Below, in pieces: positions 46,888 to 57,885 of a stretch of 64,000 nucleotides of DNA. The translations under genes and the position numbers were made by a program. Numbering within the stretch: the first letter of the stretch is position 1; each line of letters begins with the position of its first letter. The stretch covers positions 6,681 to 70,680 of the forward strand of contig JBBRPY010000007.1 in the NCBI GenBank assembly GCA_038227375.1, read 5' to 3'. The stretch comes from Dehalococcoidia bacterium. GTDB lineage: Bacteria > Chloroflexota > Dehalococcoidia > DSTF01 > JACRBR01. The notes under the pieces were generated by a model, which saw only the letters and a list, made by a program, of their open reading frames with translations, did not search any database and was not told the DNA's origin.

Positions 46888-46913
46888 TTCGCCTTGCCCA
46901 CTCAAAGGGATCA
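46888..46913 (-). promoter_or_regulatory. SigK-like ECF promoter of the DUF4331 gene
   Basis: Minus strand TGATCC-N15-GCGAA resembles the mycobacterial SigK consensus CCATCC-N15-CCGAA. Confidence 0.45.
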
Positions 46914-47028
46914 TCGGGGAAGTGTTGAAGCAACATGGTAACGAGGCCATCCGCGATCGTTGCGTACAAAGATCATTTGGTGCCTGACGTCTCCTGCCGT
47001 CAACGGAAGTGACGCCTAATTGCGGCGT

Positions 47029-47667
47029 CTAAGGGCGCGTTCCCTGCGCCCGCGGTGAGATGACAAATGAGTTTACAACGTCGGGATTGACAAGTTGTTG
47101 GAAGCTGTCGCACGGTGTCTGGATCATCACCACGCGGCCATCTCTTATGTGAAGCGCAACTCCGCTTGGGCTGCCATCGGCCCGCGCTCCGCTCTGCATC
47201 ACCAGCACGAACTGCGCGCCAAGGCTTGCGCCGAAGGCAGCGCTATTCGGCTTGGGTACGTACATCGCGTACAGCGTGGAGGTCGCCGGCAAGGCCGACC
47301 GGTATGCATCTGGCACCGCTTCCGGGCGCAACCAGCTGCCATCGCACTGCAGCGCGCCCAGGGCGTCGACCTGCTTGCCAGCATCTTCGCCCTCGCGGCA
47401 ACCGGGCGCTTGCGTGGACCCATCCCCCGCGACGCAACCAAGCTGCGTGTAGCCCGTCAGCCGCGCCAGCTCGATGTTGTCGCCGGCGAGCGCCGCATTC
47501 AAGATGAGGACGACCGGCTCGGTGCCGGGCACCTTAATCTCTACTGCTGTGGGCGCCGGACCCGACGACGGCTGGTCCGTGTTCGTCGCCGACTTCTTGC
47601 CGCCTCCGCCGCTACAGGCGGCGATCAGCAGCGCGGAGGTGGCGAGGACGAGGGCGATGATGCGCAT
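47029..47667 (-). CDS. Hypothetical lipoprotein
   Basis: Lipobox LIAAC; four further Cys; no family recognised. Confidence 0.72.
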   Translation of the reverse strand: MRIIALVLATSALLIAACSGGGGKKSATNTDQPSSGPAPTAVEIKVPGTEPVVLILNAALAGDNIELARLTGYTQLGCVAGDGSTQAPGCREGEDAGKQVDALGALQCDGSWLRPEAVPDAYRSALPATSTLYAMYVPKPNSAAFGASLGAQFVLVMQSGARADGSPSGVALHIRDGRVVMIQTPCDSFQQLVNPDVVNSFVISPRAQGTRP

Positions 47668-47789
47668 GTGCAGTGTGCTCCGGCTGGCGCTGACGAGTCC
47701 TACGACTCGGCTCCCTCAAGTATCCTCGAACGCCCGCTCAAACGGAAAGCCCCCGGTATCGAGGGGCCTCGCTCTCGCACACGCCGCAA

Positions 47790-48293
47790 TCACCCGGCCG
47801 AAGGCGCCAGCTCCTTCGCGGGCGCGGCCGCGTCATCCTCCTCAGGCCAGGCACGTCGCTTCAGCATCTCCCGCGGTGGGTCGATGTAGATGGCGCCCCA
47901 ACCGCAGGCGTCCTCACACAGGCGGCAACCCGTGCAGCGCTTCTCGTTCAGCACGGCGATCCCGTAGAAGTCGCCGATCGTCCGTTCGGGCTCCCCGAGC
48001 GACAGCGCGTCGAACGGGCAGATTTGGATGCAGAGCTCGCAGCCGCTGCCGATGCAATTGTCTTCGACGACGATGGCTTTCGGCCATTCCTTGCGCGGGA
48101 ACGTCTTGCAGATGTCCCCCAGGTCATCGAGGATGGCCTCCGGCGGACAGACGACGCCGCACGCGCCGCAGTCGATACAGAGCGCCGCGTCGATGACGTG
48201 GACGACATTCCGCGAGCCCGTGATCGCGTTCGTCGGACAGCGCTTCGTGCAAGCGGTACAGCCGATGCACGTGTCGATGATGGTGTACGCCAC
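47790..48293 (-). CDS. Polyferredoxin (four 4Fe-4S motifs)
   Basis: CIGCTACTKRCP, CIDCGACGVVCP, CIGSGCELCIQICP, CTGCRLCEDACG. Confidence 0.92.
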   Translation of the reverse strand: MAYTIIDTCIGCTACTKRCPTNAITGSRNVVHVIDAALCIDCGACGVVCPPEAILDDLGDICKTFPRKEWPKAIVVEDNCIGSGCELCIQICPFDALSLGEPERTIGDFYGIAVLNEKRCTGCRLCEDACGWGAIYIDPPREMLKRRAWPEEDDAAAPAKELAPSAG

Positions 48294-48457
48294 GCTCGCT
48301 CCTCGGAACTCCGGCTGATCTCAAGCCTCGCCCTTGTGAAATCCGTTACTTGAGTATAGGACGCCCACCCGGAGGCGGGCAACTTCATACCCGATGAGAC
48401 GGGCGAGCGCCGCGTGTTCGCCGTAGCGAGCCGGGCAAGCTTCGGTCGCTCTCGTCC

Positions 48458-49273
48458 CTAATACACGTCGCGAATCTCGAAGCGCGGTCCGTCCTTGCAG
48501 ACGAGCTTCATCGCCTGTCCGCCGCGCACACGCACCTCGACAGCGCACCCGTAACAGATCCCGGTGCCGCAGCCCATCCGCTCTTCGAGCAGCGCCTGCA
48601 CCGACCGCCGCGACCCTGACTGGCGCGCCGCGTCGGCGAGCGAGCGGAACATCGGCGTCGGGCCGCACGCGAACGCCTGGTCGCACCACTCGAGCAGTTC
48701 CGCGAATGGCGCCGTCACCACGCCCTGGCGTCCGGCCGTCCCGTCGTCGGTTGTCAGCACTACCTCGACCTCCTGCGGCAACAGCTTCGCCGGAAAGAGC
48801 GCTTCCGCCGTGCGCGCGCCGAGCACCATCGTGACGCTCAGGCCCTTCGCCACGGCCTCGTCAGCCAGCCAGACCAGCGGGGCGACGCCAATGCCGCCGG
48901 CGACGAGCAGCAGGTTTCGCGATGTGCGGCCGATCTTGTAGCCATTGCCAAGGGGCCCCCAGGCGAACACCTCGTCGCCAGGCCTGCGCCGCGACAGCCA
49001 CGCCGTGCCACGGCCGACCACGTCGTACAGAATCGCCCACTCCGGACCATGCGCGCCGCTGCGCAGGCGGTAGTAGCTCATCGGCCGCGGCAGCAGCGGG
49101 TCATCCGCGCGCCCCGCCACACCGTCCGCGTACACCGCGTCGTCCGTGCAGCGCAGCATGAGGAACTGGCCCGGCACCGCGCCATTGCCCAGCGCCGGCG
49201 CGCGAAACCACGTGACGTACGTGTCCGCATACAGCCGCTCGTTCTCGACAACCTCCGCATACCCGACCTTCAC
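48458..49273 (-). CDS. pyrK: Dihydroorotate dehydrogenase electron transfer subunit
   Basis: [45 protein letters not shown]...CKDGP; GTG overlaps the carB stop. Confidence 0.93.
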   Translation of the reverse strand: MKVGYAEVVENERLYADTYVTWFRAPALGNGAVPGQFLMLRCTDDAVYADGVAGRADDPLLPRPMSYYRLRSGAHGPEWAILYDVVGRGTAWLSRRRPGDEVFAWGPLGNGYKIGRTSRNLLLVAGGIGVAPLVWLADEAVAKGLSVTMVLGARTAEALFPAKLLPQEVEVVLTTDDGTAGRQGVVTAPFAELLEWCDQAFACGPTPMFRSLADAARQSGSRRSVQALLEERMGCGTGICYGCAVEVRVRGGQAMKLVCKDGPRFEIRDVY

Positions 49274-52200
49274 GCGCGACCCGTCCTGCGGTACTCCGGG
49301 AACGGGCGCACCTGGTAGGCGCTGCCATCGGGCTGCTGCATGCCGGCGATCAGCGCGCCGACGGCGGCGCGGGCGGTGTCGATGCTCGTGAAGCAAGGGA
49401 TGCGCTTTTCGGTCGCGGCGCGGCGGATGTAGAAACCGTCGCGCAGCGTGCCCGTGTACCGGCCCTCCGGCGTGTTGATCACGCACGTGACCAGGCCATC
49501 GTTGATGACGTCGACGACGTTCGGGTGGCCTTCGTTCAGCCGCTTGGTCACCTGTTCTACCGGCAGGCCGAGCGCTGCGATCATGCCGGCCGTCCCCTCC
49601 GTCGCATAGAGCCGGAATCCCGCGTCGTGCAACTGATGGATTACGGTCAGAAGCTGCTGCTTGTGGCGGTCCGCGACGCTCAGCAACACGCCGCCGCCGG
49701 GCCGGAGCGCCATGTCCGACGACAGCAGCGCCTTCGCGAACGCCGCCGGAAAGTCGGCGTCGATACCCATCACCTCGCCCGTGGACTTCATCTCGGGCCC
49801 GAGATACGTGTCGACGCCGATCAGCTTCGACATCGAGAACACGGGCGCCTTTACCGCCACCAGGTCCTGCTTCGGCCAGAGTCCACCATCGTACCCTTGA
49901 TCGCGCAGCGACTTGCCGAGCATGATGTTCACCGCCACCCGCACCATCGGCACGCCGGTCACCTTCGAGAGGAAGGGCACCGTCCGTGACCCGCGCGGGT
50001 TCACCTCGATCACATAGACATCCGATTCGCCGGGCCGCGCGGCGTCCTCGGACGGCATGATCACGTACTGGACGTTGACGAGACCCCTGGCGTTCAGCGC
50101 GACGCCGATGCGCTCGGTGTAGTCGACGATGGTCGCCACTTCGGCCTCGCTGAGGTGGATGCCGGGATACACCGCCATCGAGTCACCCGAATGCACGCCG
50201 GCCCGCTCGATATGCTCCATGATGCCCGGAATGAGCACCCGCTCTCCGTCGCAGATGGCGTCGACTTCGACCTCTTTCCCCTCGAGATACTTGTCGATGA
50301 GGATCGGCTTGCCTTCGCTCACTTCGGCGGCCTGCTGCACGAAGCGCGCGAGCTCTGTCGGGTTCTGCACGATCTCCATCGCCCGGCCTCCCAGCACGTA
50401 GCTCGGACGCACGAGGACGGGATAGCCGAGCAGCTCGGCCGTATGGATCGCGTCTTCCACCCGCAGCACGGCGGCGCCCGGCGGCTGCGGTATGCCGAGC
50501 GTATTCAGGAACTCCTCGAACCGCCTGCGGTCCTCCGCGAGATCGATCGTCTCGGAGGATGAGCCGATAATCGTCGCGGCGGCGTTGTGCAGCGGACCAG
50601 CGAGATTGATCGCGGTCTGGCCGCCAAACTGCACGATCGCCGCCGGCATCTCGCCGCCGCCCTCGGCCTCGTTCTCGAGGATGTCGCGCACCGACTCCTC
50701 ATCCAGCGGCTCGAAGTACAAGCGGTCGCTGGTGTCGAAGTCGGTTGACACGGTCTCCGGGTTGGAGTTCGCCATGATCGACTTGTAGCCGGCGGCATCG
50801 AGCGCCCACGCGGCGTGCACCGAGCAGTAGTCGAACTCGATCCCCTGGCCGATCCGAATCGGCCCGCTGCCGATGACGAGCGCCCGCTTGCCAGGCTGCG
50901 GCTGCGCTTCGTTCTCCTGCTCGTAGGTGCTGTAGAAGTACGGCGTCGCCGCGTCGAACTCTGCGGCGCACGTATCGACCATCTTGTACACCGGGCGTAT
51001 GTCCCACTGATCGCGCAGGTCGCGCACCTGTTCGGGCAGGCGGTCGCTGAGCGTTGCGACCTGCTTGTCGGCGAAGCCCATGCGTTTTGCCGCGCGCAGA
51101 AGGTCCGGCGTCAGCGGCTCGGCGAGCAGCCGCTTCTCCATCTCGATGATGTTCATGAGCTTGTGCAGAAACCACTGGTCAACACCGGTCCTGCGCGAGA
51201 TCTCTGCCACTCCGCCGCCGCGCCGCAGCGCAGACATGATCGACCAGAGGCGCTCGTCGGTGGCGTGCAGCGGGCGCTCTTCGTAGTTGCCCTGCCATGT
51301 CGGGTCCTCCCAGAGCAGCGAGCGGCCGCCGATCTCCAGCGAACGCACCGCCTTCTGCAGCGCCCCCTCGAACGTGCGGTCGATCGCCATCACCTCACCG
51401 GTCGCCTTCATCTGCGTGCCGAGCGAGCGGTCGCCGAACGGAAACTTGTCGAACGGCCAGCGTGGGATCTTCACGACGACGTAGTCGAGGGCCGGTTCGA
51501 ACGCCGCCGTGGTCTTCTTCGTCACGGCATTCGGGATCTGGTCCAGCGTCTTGCCGATGGCGATCTTCGACGCCACCCGCGCGATCGGGTAGCCGGTCGC
51601 CTTGCTCGCCAGCGCCGAGCTGCGCGAGACGCGAGGGTTGACCTCGATGACGTAGTACGGCGGCAGGGCATTCCCGGGCGGCGCCTCCCAGGGCGTGGTC
51701 TCCGGATTGGGCGCGAGCGCGAGCTGGACGTTGCAGCCGCCTTCGATGCCGAGCGTCGAGATGATCTTCAGCGAGGCCGTACGCAGCATCTGGTACTCAC
51801 GGTCGGAGAGCGTCTGGCTGGGAGCGACGACGATGCTGTCGCCCGTGTGCGTGCCCATCGGGTCGAAGTTTTCCATGTTGCAGACAGTGATCACATTGCC
51901 GGCGCTGTCGCGCATCACCTCGTACTCGATCTCCTTCCAGCCGAGCAGCGACTGCTCCACGAGCACCTGGCTGATCGGGCTGGCGGCGAGGCCGCCGGCG
52001 ACAATGCGATCGTACTCTTCGGACGAATGCGCGATGCCGCCGCCGGTACCGCCCAGCGTGTACGCGGGCCGGACGACGGCCGGCAAGCCGATCTCCTCAA
52101 GAGCGGAGGTGGCTTCGCGCATGTTGGTGACGATCACGGAGTGCGGGGTCGGCTCTCCGATGCTGTCCAGCATCGTCCGGAAGAGCTCCCGGTCCTCGGC

Positions 52201-52566
52201 TTTGCGGACGGCTTCGATCGGCGTACCGAGCAGGCGCACGCCATACTTCTCGAGCACGCCCCCTTCATGCAGCGCCACGGCCATGTTCAGTCCTGTCTGG
52301 CCGCCCAGCGTCGGCAGCAGGCCGTCCGGCCGCTCGCGCGCGATGATGCGCGTGATCACCTCGACCGTGATCGGCTCGATGTAGACGACATCGGCGACCC
52401 CTTCGTCAGTCATGATCGTCGCCGGGTTGGAGTTGACGAGGACGGAGACGACGCCTTCTTCGCGCATCGCCTTACACGCTTGCGTGCCGGCGTAGTCGAA
52501 TTCGGCAGCCTGGCCGATGACGATCGGGCCGGAGCCGATGATCAGCACCTTCGATGGTTTGTTCAC
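49270..52566 (-). CDS. carB: Carbamoyl-phosphate synthase large subunit
   Basis: [16 protein letters not shown], second [19 protein letters not shown] domain; start GTG 52566 inferred. Confidence 0.97.
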   Translation of the reverse strand: MNKPSKVLIIGSGPIVIGQAAEFDYAGTQACKAMREEGVVSVLVNSNPATIMTDEGVADVVYIEPITVEVITRIIARERPDGLLPTLGGQTGLNMAVALHEGGVLEKYGVRLLGTPIEAVRKAEDRELFRTMLDSIGEPTPHSVIVTNMREATSALEEIGLPAVVRPAYTLGGTGGGIAHSSEEYDRIVAGGLAASPISQVLVEQSLLGWKEIEYEVMRDSAGNVITVCNMENFDPMGTHTGDSIVVAPSQTLSDREYQMLRTASLKIISTLGIEGGCNVQLALAPNPETTPWEAPPGNALPPYYVIEVNPRVSRSSALASKATGYPIARVASKIAIGKTLDQIPNAVTKKTTAAFEPALDYVVVKIPRWPFDKFPFGDRSLGTQMKATGEVMAIDRTFEGALQKAVRSLEIGGRSLLWEDPTWQGNYEERPLHATDERLWSIMSALRRGGGVAEISRRTGVDQWFLHKLMNIIEMEKRLLAEPLTPDLLRAAKRMGFADKQVATLSDRLPEQVRDLRDQWDIRPVYKMVDTCAAEFDAATPYFYSTYEQENEAQPQPGKRALVIGSGPIRIGQGIEFDYCSVHAAWALDAAGYKSIMANSNPETVSTDFDTSDRLYFEPLDEESVRDILENEAEGGGEMPAAIVQFGGQTAINLAGPLHNAAATIIGSSSETIDLAEDRRRFEEFLNTLGIPQPPGAAVLRVEDAIHTAELLGYPVLVRPSYVLGGRAMEIVQNPTELARFVQQAAEVSEGKPILIDKYLEGKEVEVDAICDGERVLIPGIMEHIERAGVHSGDSMAVYPGIHLSEAEVATIVDYTERIGVALNARGLVNVQYVIMPSEDAARPGESDVYVIEVNPRGSRTVPFLSKVTGVPMVRVAVNIMLGKSLRDQGYDGGLWPKQDLVAVKAPVFSMSKLIGVDTYLGPEMKSTGEVMGIDADFPAAFAKALLSSDMALRPGGGVLLSVADRHKQQLLTVIHQLHDAGFRLYATEGTAGMIAALGLPVEQVTKRLNEGHPNVVDVINDGLVTCVINTPEGRYTGTLRDGFYIRRAATEKRIPCFTSIDTARAAVGALIAGMQQPDGSAYQVRPFPEYRRTGRA

Positions 52567-52606
52567 GCGCGGTGGTTGCCCATAGCGGCGGCATCGTTCA
52601 CCCGCA

Positions 52607-53107
52607 CTAGCGGTGCCTCGCCGTCGCGCGCTGGCGCTCGCGCTCTTCGCGCTGATCGGGCAGCACGCGCATGCCACCGAGGTGGCCGGCCACCAGCAGC
52701 CCGGCGACGAACGCCGCGGCCATGGTGATGGCGAACGAGCCGTAGATGGGCACCGGAGTGGACGTGAGCAGATAGCCGTTGACGGCATTCGCCGCGGCGG
52801 CGATCCCGAACGCGACGGCGTATCCCGGCCACTCGGTGATCCAGTCGCCCGACCAACGCCAGCAGAAGACGCCGAGTCCGATGCCGGCCGCTGCGACACC
52901 AATCCCCGTGGCCCAGCCGCCGAGCCAGACGGCGATTGCGGCGCCGCGGTTGTCGTGCCAAACCACGAAGGGGATGACGCAAGCGACGATAAAGATGAGC
53001 GGGCCGGCGATCATCGCCATGGCGGCGACGCACTGGCCGCCGAACGCGAGGCGGCCAAAGACGTCGATGCTCTTCATGACAGACTCGAGCCTGAGTTCGT
53101 TGTTCAT
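52607..53107 (-). CDS. Hypothetical membrane protein (four TMs)
   Basis: MNNELRLES... four hydrophobic helices; lies within the car operon. Confidence 0.65.
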   Translation of the reverse strand: MNNELRLESVMKSIDVFGRLAFGGQCVAAMAMIAGPLIFIVACVIPFVVWHDNRGAAIAVWLGGWATGIGVAAAGIGLGVFCWRWSGDWITEWPGYAVAFGIAAAANAVNGYLLTSTPVPIYGSFAITMAAAFVAGLLVAGHLGGMRVLPDQREERERQRATARHR

Positions 53108-53154
53108 TTCGTGCGTTCTCGAGGCGCCCGGCCACGCGCCATCTCTTGCGGCCG

Positions 53155-53628
53155 CTAGACGAGCGGCAACTCGAACCGCGCCTCCGGATTGTAGATGGGC
53201 ACCAATGCGCCGATGCTGCTCAGAAATGTCAGTGCGACTTCGTTGTCCTGCGGCAGGCGGCCGCGAATGCGCTTGTAGCCTTTGTCCCGCGCGAAGCCCA
53301 GCGCATACTCCGCCAGCGCGGTGCCGATGCCGCGGCGCCGAACATCCTGGATCATCCAGACGCCAAGCACGACGGTATCGGGCTCGAACGTGTTGTAGTC
53401 GAGTGCGGCAAAGCCGACCAGACTTCCATCGATCGTCCCCAGGAAGACGCCGCCCTCGCCGCCCATCCGGCTCAGCCACGTGCGGATCTCGTCAGGCGTC
53501 AGCGCGCGCTCGAACCCGACAGGGTTGGGCTCCTGCAGCACCGTCGCGATCACCCGCGAAATCGCGTCCGCGTCGTTGACGTTCGCCTGCCGGTATGTCG
53601 GTTCGCTCTGCACCTTCGTGTCGCTCAT
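53155..53628 (-). CDS. GNAT N-acetyltransferase
   Basis: RRRGIGTAL motif; GGAGG RBS. Confidence 0.85.
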   Translation of the reverse strand: MSDTKVQSEPTYRQANVNDADAISRVIATVLQEPNPVGFERALTPDEIRTWLSRMGGEGGVFLGTIDGSLVGFAALDYNTFEPDTVVLGVWMIQDVRRRGIGTALAEYALGFARDKGYKRIRGRLPQDNEVALTFLSSIGALVPIYNPEARFELPLV

Positions 53629-53677
53629 CGCAGCCTCCGCTCTCCGCAGAATCTCGCTCGCCGCGTACCGCGGCGCC

Positions 53678-54775
53678 TTACGCGCGCACGGCGCTGACCA
53701 TCTCCATGAACCGCTCGAACAGGTAGAGATTGTCGAGCGGGCCGGGCGATGCTTCCGAATGGTACTGGATACTCATGACCGGCTCGCTCCGGTGGCGCAG
53801 ACCCTCCACGGTTCCGTCGTTCACGTTCCGGTGGCTCACCTCCACATCGGAAGAAAGCCCTGAGTCGTCGACGGCGTATCCGTGGTTCTGCGCGGTCACG
53901 TACACTCGGCCCGACGCCTCATCCCGCACCGGATGATTAGCGCCGCGATGCCCAAACTTCAGCTTGAACGACGACGCGCCGAATACCTCACCCAGGACCT
54001 GGTGCCCGAGGCAGATCCCCATCAACGGCGTCTTGCCTACGAGCCCCGCGGTCGTGGAGACGGCGTAGTCGATGAGCGCGGGGTCGCCGGGTCCCGGCGA
54101 GAGCAGCACCCCGTCAGGCTTCAGGGCGAGAATGTCTTCCGCGCTCGTCTTGCACGGCACGACGACCGGCGCCGCGCCCAGCCTCTGCAACACGCGCAGG
54201 ATATTGTATTTCACGCCGAGATCGAGGACGACGATGCGCGGTCCGTTGTTGCGGGGCCCGTCCACCGGATATTCGTACGACGTCCGCGTGCTTACCCAAG
54301 GCACGAGGTCGGTTGAGCCGTAGCGCGGCAGATCGCGCACGCGCGCCAGCGCTTGTTCCGGCGTCTCGTCGTGCGTCACCGCACCCATCATCACGCCGCC
54401 CGTGCGAAGCTTCCGGGCGAGTGCGCGGGTGTCGACGCCGGCGATGCCGGGCACGTGGTTCGCGGCCAGGTACTGGTGCAGCGTGCCTTTCGAGCGCCAA
54501 TGGCTCGGCGTCTCGCAATCCTCGCGCACGACGAAGCCGCGCACCTGGATGCGGCGCGACTCCACATCGAATTCGTTGATGCCGTAGTTGCCCTGGAGGG
54601 GATACGTCATCACCAGCACCTGCTCCGCGAACGAGGGGTCGGTCAGCGCCTCCTGATAACCGGTCATCGCGGTGCAGAAGACAACTTCCCCGTGCGCGCG
54701 CACCGGCGCGCCGATCGCGGCGCCCGAGAACACCGTGCCGTCTTCGAGGACGAGTAGCGCACTAGACAACGGCAA
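53678..54775 (-). CDS. carA: Carbamoyl-phosphate synthase small subunit
   Basis: LEDG, TGYQEALTDPS, GICLGHQ, QYHSEASPGP; TTG start inferred. Confidence 0.96.
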   Translation of the reverse strand: MPLSSALLVLEDGTVFSGAAIGAPVRAHGEVVFCTAMTGYQEALTDPSFAEQVLVMTYPLQGNYGINEFDVESRRIQVRGFVVREDCETPSHWRSKGTLHQYLAANHVPGIAGVDTRALARKLRTGGVMMGAVTHDETPEQALARVRDLPRYGSTDLVPWVSTRTSYEYPVDGPRNNGPRIVVLDLGVKYNILRVLQRLGAAPVVVPCKTSAEDILALKPDGVLLSPGPGDPALIDYAVSTTAGLVGKTPLMGICLGHQVLGEVFGASSFKLKFGHRGANHPVRDEASGRVYVTAQNHGYAVDDSGLSSDVEVSHRNVNDGTVEGLRHRSEPVMSIQYHSEASPGPLDNLYLFERFMEMVSAVRA

Positions 54776-56096
54776 CCTCGTGTTCGTGGGCGGTCCGTCC
54801 GCCGGAAATCGTCGCGACGACCGCGCCACGCAGCGTGACCCCGGCGAGCGGCGTATTCTTCCCCTTTGAAGCGAATCGCTCGGGATCCACCAGCCAGTCG
54901 GCGGTCGGATCGAGCAGCACGATCTCGGCCGGCGCGCCCGCGGCGAGAGTGCCGATCCCGGCCACGTGGCGGTCGAGGCGCAGCGCGCGGACGGCGCCGG
55001 CGGTCATCCGCTCGATCAGCGCCGGCAGGGGCAGCGCGCCGCCGTGTACGAGCCGCATACACAATCCGAATGCGGTCTCGAGTCCGCTGATCCCGAACGC
55101 CGCCTCGTCGAACTCGCACAGCTTTTCCGTGATCGCATGCGGCGCGTGGTCGGTGGCGATACAGTCGATCGTGCCGTCGACGAGACCGACGACGCAAGCG
55201 TCGACGTCGTCCTGAGAGCGAAGGGGCGGGTTCACCTTCGCATTCGTCTCGTATACGAGGCCTTCGCCGCCGAGTGCGCCGTACGCGACGACCTCGTCCG
55301 TCAGCGTCAGATGATGGGGTGTGACCTCGGCGGTGACGCGCACGCCCCGCGCCTTCGCCGCCCGCACCGCTGCCACCGCGCCGCGCGTGCTGATGTGCGC
55401 GATGTGCACGTGCGCGCCCGTCGCTTCGGCCAGCGCGATGTCGCGCATGACGGCGGCTTCCTCCCCTGCTGATGGAGCGCCCCGCAGACCAAGCCGTGTG
55501 GACACCCACCCTTCGTGCATGACGGCATCGTGCGCAAGAGACTCGTCTTCGCAGTGGTCGATGATCGGCAGGTCGAAGGTGGATGCGTATTCCAGCGCCC
55601 GGCGCATTAGCATCGCGTCGTGGACGGGCGCGCCATCGTCGCTGAACGCCACGCATCCCGCGGCCGCCAGGTCGCCCAGCTCCGCAAGCTCTCGTCCGGC
55701 GCGCTCCTTGCTCACGGCGCCGATAGGCAGCACGCGGACGCTGCCGCGAGCCGCTGCTTCGCGCAGCACGTATTCCACGATCGAGCGCGAATCCATCGCC
55801 GGCACCGTGTTCGGCATCGCGCAGACGGTGGTGAAGCCACCCCGCGCGGCGGCGCGCGTGCCCGATGCGATGTCCTCCTTGTACTCGAGACCGGGGTCCC
55901 GGAGATGGGTATGCAGATCGACGAACCCCGGCGCCACGACGAGCCCCCGCGCGTCCATCTCGCGCGCACCCTCGACGTTCAGATCCGGCGCGACGGAGAC
56001 AATGCGTCCGTCTTCGACGAGCACGTCGGCGACGCGGTCGTGATGCGCTGCCGGGTCGATGACGCGCCCGTTGCGGATGATCAGGCGGTCGGTCAT
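54762..56096 (-). CDS. pyrC: Dihydroorotase (type I)
   Basis: DLHTHLRDPG, MPNT, AEVTPHH, KVNPPLR, ATDHAPH, SKGKNTP. Confidence 0.95.
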   Translation of the reverse strand: MTDRLIIRNGRVIDPAAHHDRVADVLVEDGRIVSVAPDLNVEGAREMDARGLVVAPGFVDLHTHLRDPGLEYKEDIASGTRAAARGGFTTVCAMPNTVPAMDSRSIVEYVLREAAARGSVRVLPIGAVSKERAGRELAELGDLAAAGCVAFSDDGAPVHDAMLMRRALEYASTFDLPIIDHCEDESLAHDAVMHEGWVSTRLGLRGAPSAGEEAAVMRDIALAEATGAHVHIAHISTRGAVAAVRAAKARGVRVTAEVTPHHLTLTDEVVAYGALGGEGLVYETNAKVNPPLRSQDDVDACVVGLVDGTIDCIATDHAPHAITEKLCEFDEAAFGISGLETAFGLCMRLVHGGALPLPALIERMTAGAVRALRLDRHVAGIGTLAAGAPAEIVLLDPTADWLVDPERFASKGKNTPLAGVTLRGAVVATISGGRTAHEHEVAVV

Positions 56097-57139
56097 AGCG
56101 CGCTCCCCGCCGGCAGGCGGCCGCCGCGAGAAAGCGTGCGCGTGATCAGCCAGAGCACCGCCATGCGCACGGCGACGCCGTTCGTCACCTGCTCCTCGAC
56201 GTGCGACTGCAGGCCATGGGCGACTTCATGGCTGATCTCGACGCCCTCGTTCATAGGCCCCGGATGCAACACAAGCGCTCCGGGCTTTGCCCGCGCCAGC
56301 CGCGCGGCATTGATCTGGTACAGCCGCGAGTATTCGCGTACCCCCGGCACGAAGCCCCCCTGCATGCGCTCGTGTTGCATCCTCAGCGCCATCACGACGT
56401 CCGCGCCCACGATCGCCCGGTCGAGGTCGATCTCGACGCGCACCGGAGGCAGCGTTCCCTCCGGCGCGTGCTCCAGCCCTACCGGCACGAGCGTGCGCGG
56501 GGCGCACACGGTGACATCGGCGCCCAGCGCCGTCAGCGACCAGAGGTTCGAGCGAGCCACCCGGCTGTGCAGCACATCGCCGACGATCACCACGCGCTTG
56601 CCCCGCACGTCGCCGATCCGCGAACGGATCGTCAGAAGGTCCAGCAGTGCTTGCGTCGGGTGCGCGTGCAGGCCATCCCCCGCGTTGATAATGCTGCAGC
56701 GCGCGTGTCGGGCGGCGAGGTACGGCGCCCCGGAGCGGTTGTGCCGGAGGACGATCACGTCAGCGCCCACCGCCTGAAGCGTCTTCACGGTATCGATAAG
56801 AGACTCGCCTTTCGACACGCTGCTTGCTGACGCCGATACGTTGATCACGTCGGCTCCCAGAACCTTGCCCGCGAGCTCGAAGGATGCCCGCGTGCGCGTG
56901 CTGTTCTCGTAGAAAAGCGTCATGATCGTCGTGCCACGAAGCGCCGGCACGCGCGGCACCTCGCGCGACAGCACTTCCTTCATGGTGTCAGCCGTCTGCA
57001 GCACGAGATCGAGCTCGTCGACCGATACGTCGTCGAGGTCGAGCAGGTGGCGTCGCTGCCAGGCGCTCTCGTCGGCGTCGGATGTTGTCAGCGGAGCGGG
57101 CGCGTCGGTCGGGCGCGGCTGTGGAGCTCGAATCGTCAC
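56093..57139 (-). CDS. pyrB: Aspartate carbamoyltransferase
   Basis: [38 protein letters not shown]. Confidence 0.96.
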   Translation of the reverse strand: MTIRAPQPRPTDAPAPLTTSDADESAWQRRHLLDLDDVSVDELDLVLQTADTMKEVLSREVPRVPALRGTTIMTLFYENSTRTRASFELAGKVLGADVINVSASASSVSKGESLIDTVKTLQAVGADVIVLRHNRSGAPYLAARHARCSIINAGDGLHAHPTQALLDLLTIRSRIGDVRGKRVVIVGDVLHSRVARSNLWSLTALGADVTVCAPRTLVPVGLEHAPEGTLPPVRVEIDLDRAIVGADVVMALRMQHERMQGGFVPGVREYSRLYQINAARLARAKPGALVLHPGPMNEGVEISHEVAHGLQSHVEEQVTNGVAVRMAVLWLITRTLSRGGRLPAGSAL

Positions 57140-57687
57140 CGCAAAGCCTCCGCTTCTTCACCAGCGGCGACACGCACGTACTCCTCGCCGTCTGTCTCGC
57201 CAAGCCGCACCTGTACGTCGTCGCCACGGGAGGTCGGGATATTCTTTCCGACAAAGTCGGCGCGAATCGGCAGCTCACGATGGCCGCGGTCGACAAGCAC
57301 CGCGAGCTGGATCCGTTCGGGGCGGCCGAAGTCGATCAGCGCGTCCAGCGCGGCGCGCACGGTCCTTCCCGTGTAGAGCACGTCGTCGCACAGCACCACC
57401 CGCTTGCCCGCGACGTCCGGCAGGTCGCTGGGCTGAATGTTCACACTCGATCCGCGTTCCGTGAGGTCGTCGCGGTACAGTCCGACGTCAAGCGTCCCGA
57501 CGGGAAGCTGCTCGTGCTCGAACTCGGTGATCGCAGCCGCTATTCGCTGCGCGAGCGGCACGCCGCGCGTGCGCATCCCCACGAACACGAGATCCTGCGT
57601 ACCGCGGTTGTGCTCGACGATCTCGTGAGCGATGCGTACGATCGCGCGGCGAATGTCGGCCGGGGACATGATGTTGGCTTCGGGCAT
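57136..57687 (-). CDS. pyrR: Pyrimidine operon attenuation protein/UPRTase PyrR
   Basis: [40 protein letters not shown]. Confidence 0.97.
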   Translation of the reverse strand: MPEANIMSPADIRRAIVRIAHEIVEHNRGTQDLVFVGMRTRGVPLAQRIAAAITEFEHEQLPVGTLDVGLYRDDLTERGSSVNIQPSDLPDVAGKRVVLCDDVLYTGRTVRAALDALIDFGRPERIQLAVLVDRGHRELPIRADFVGKNIPTSRGDDVQVRLGETDGEEYVRVAAGEEAEALR

Positions 57688-57723
57688 CAAAAAACCTCCT
57701 GTCCGGCAAATCGGTTGGAGGTT
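57688..57723 (-). terminator. Attenuator terminator hairpin overlapping the pyrR RBS
   Basis: Minus strand AACCTCC-AACCGATTTGCCGGACA-GGAGGTT-TTTTG-ATG. Confidence 0.8.
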
Positions 57724-57776
57724 GGGTGCGCGAAGGGGCGCACGCCCAGCGACGAATGCAGCTTCAGCACGATCTT

Positions 57777-57808
57777 CCTTCCCGGCCTCACGGGACCGGA
57801 TTAAAGGT
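57777..57808 (-). promoter_or_regulatory. PyrR binding loop (anti-antiterminator RNA element)
   Basis: Minus strand CCTTTAA-TCCGGTCCCGTGAGGCCGGG-AAGG matches the UUUAA and GUCCnGnGAGGC consensus. Confidence 0.9.
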
Positions 57809-57824
57809 GCGCTATGTTCTCGGA

Positions 57825-57854
57825 ACTATAGATCGATCCGATGGAACTGTTCAA
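57825..57854 (-). promoter_or_regulatory. sigma70 promoter of the pyr operon
   Basis: Minus strand TTGAAC-N18-TATAGT upstream of the PyrR element. Confidence 0.6.
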
Positions 57855-57885
57855 GGGGGCGCCGTCACCTCGCGCGAGAGCGGCG

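Noticed and set aside
46938-46963. GTAAC-N15-CGTTG resembling a BldN promoter
   Set aside because: Plus-strand orientation points away from DUF4331 and antisense into the next gene; single instance.
47755-47790. TCGATAC upstream of the lipoprotein as a sigma28 site
   Set aside because: No -35; lies in a GCCCC/GGGGC hairpin that is more likely the ferredoxin terminator.
52567-52902. 112-aa N-terminal extension of CarB
   Set aside because: Overlaps the upstream membrane-protein gene; CarB homology starts at KVLIIGSG.
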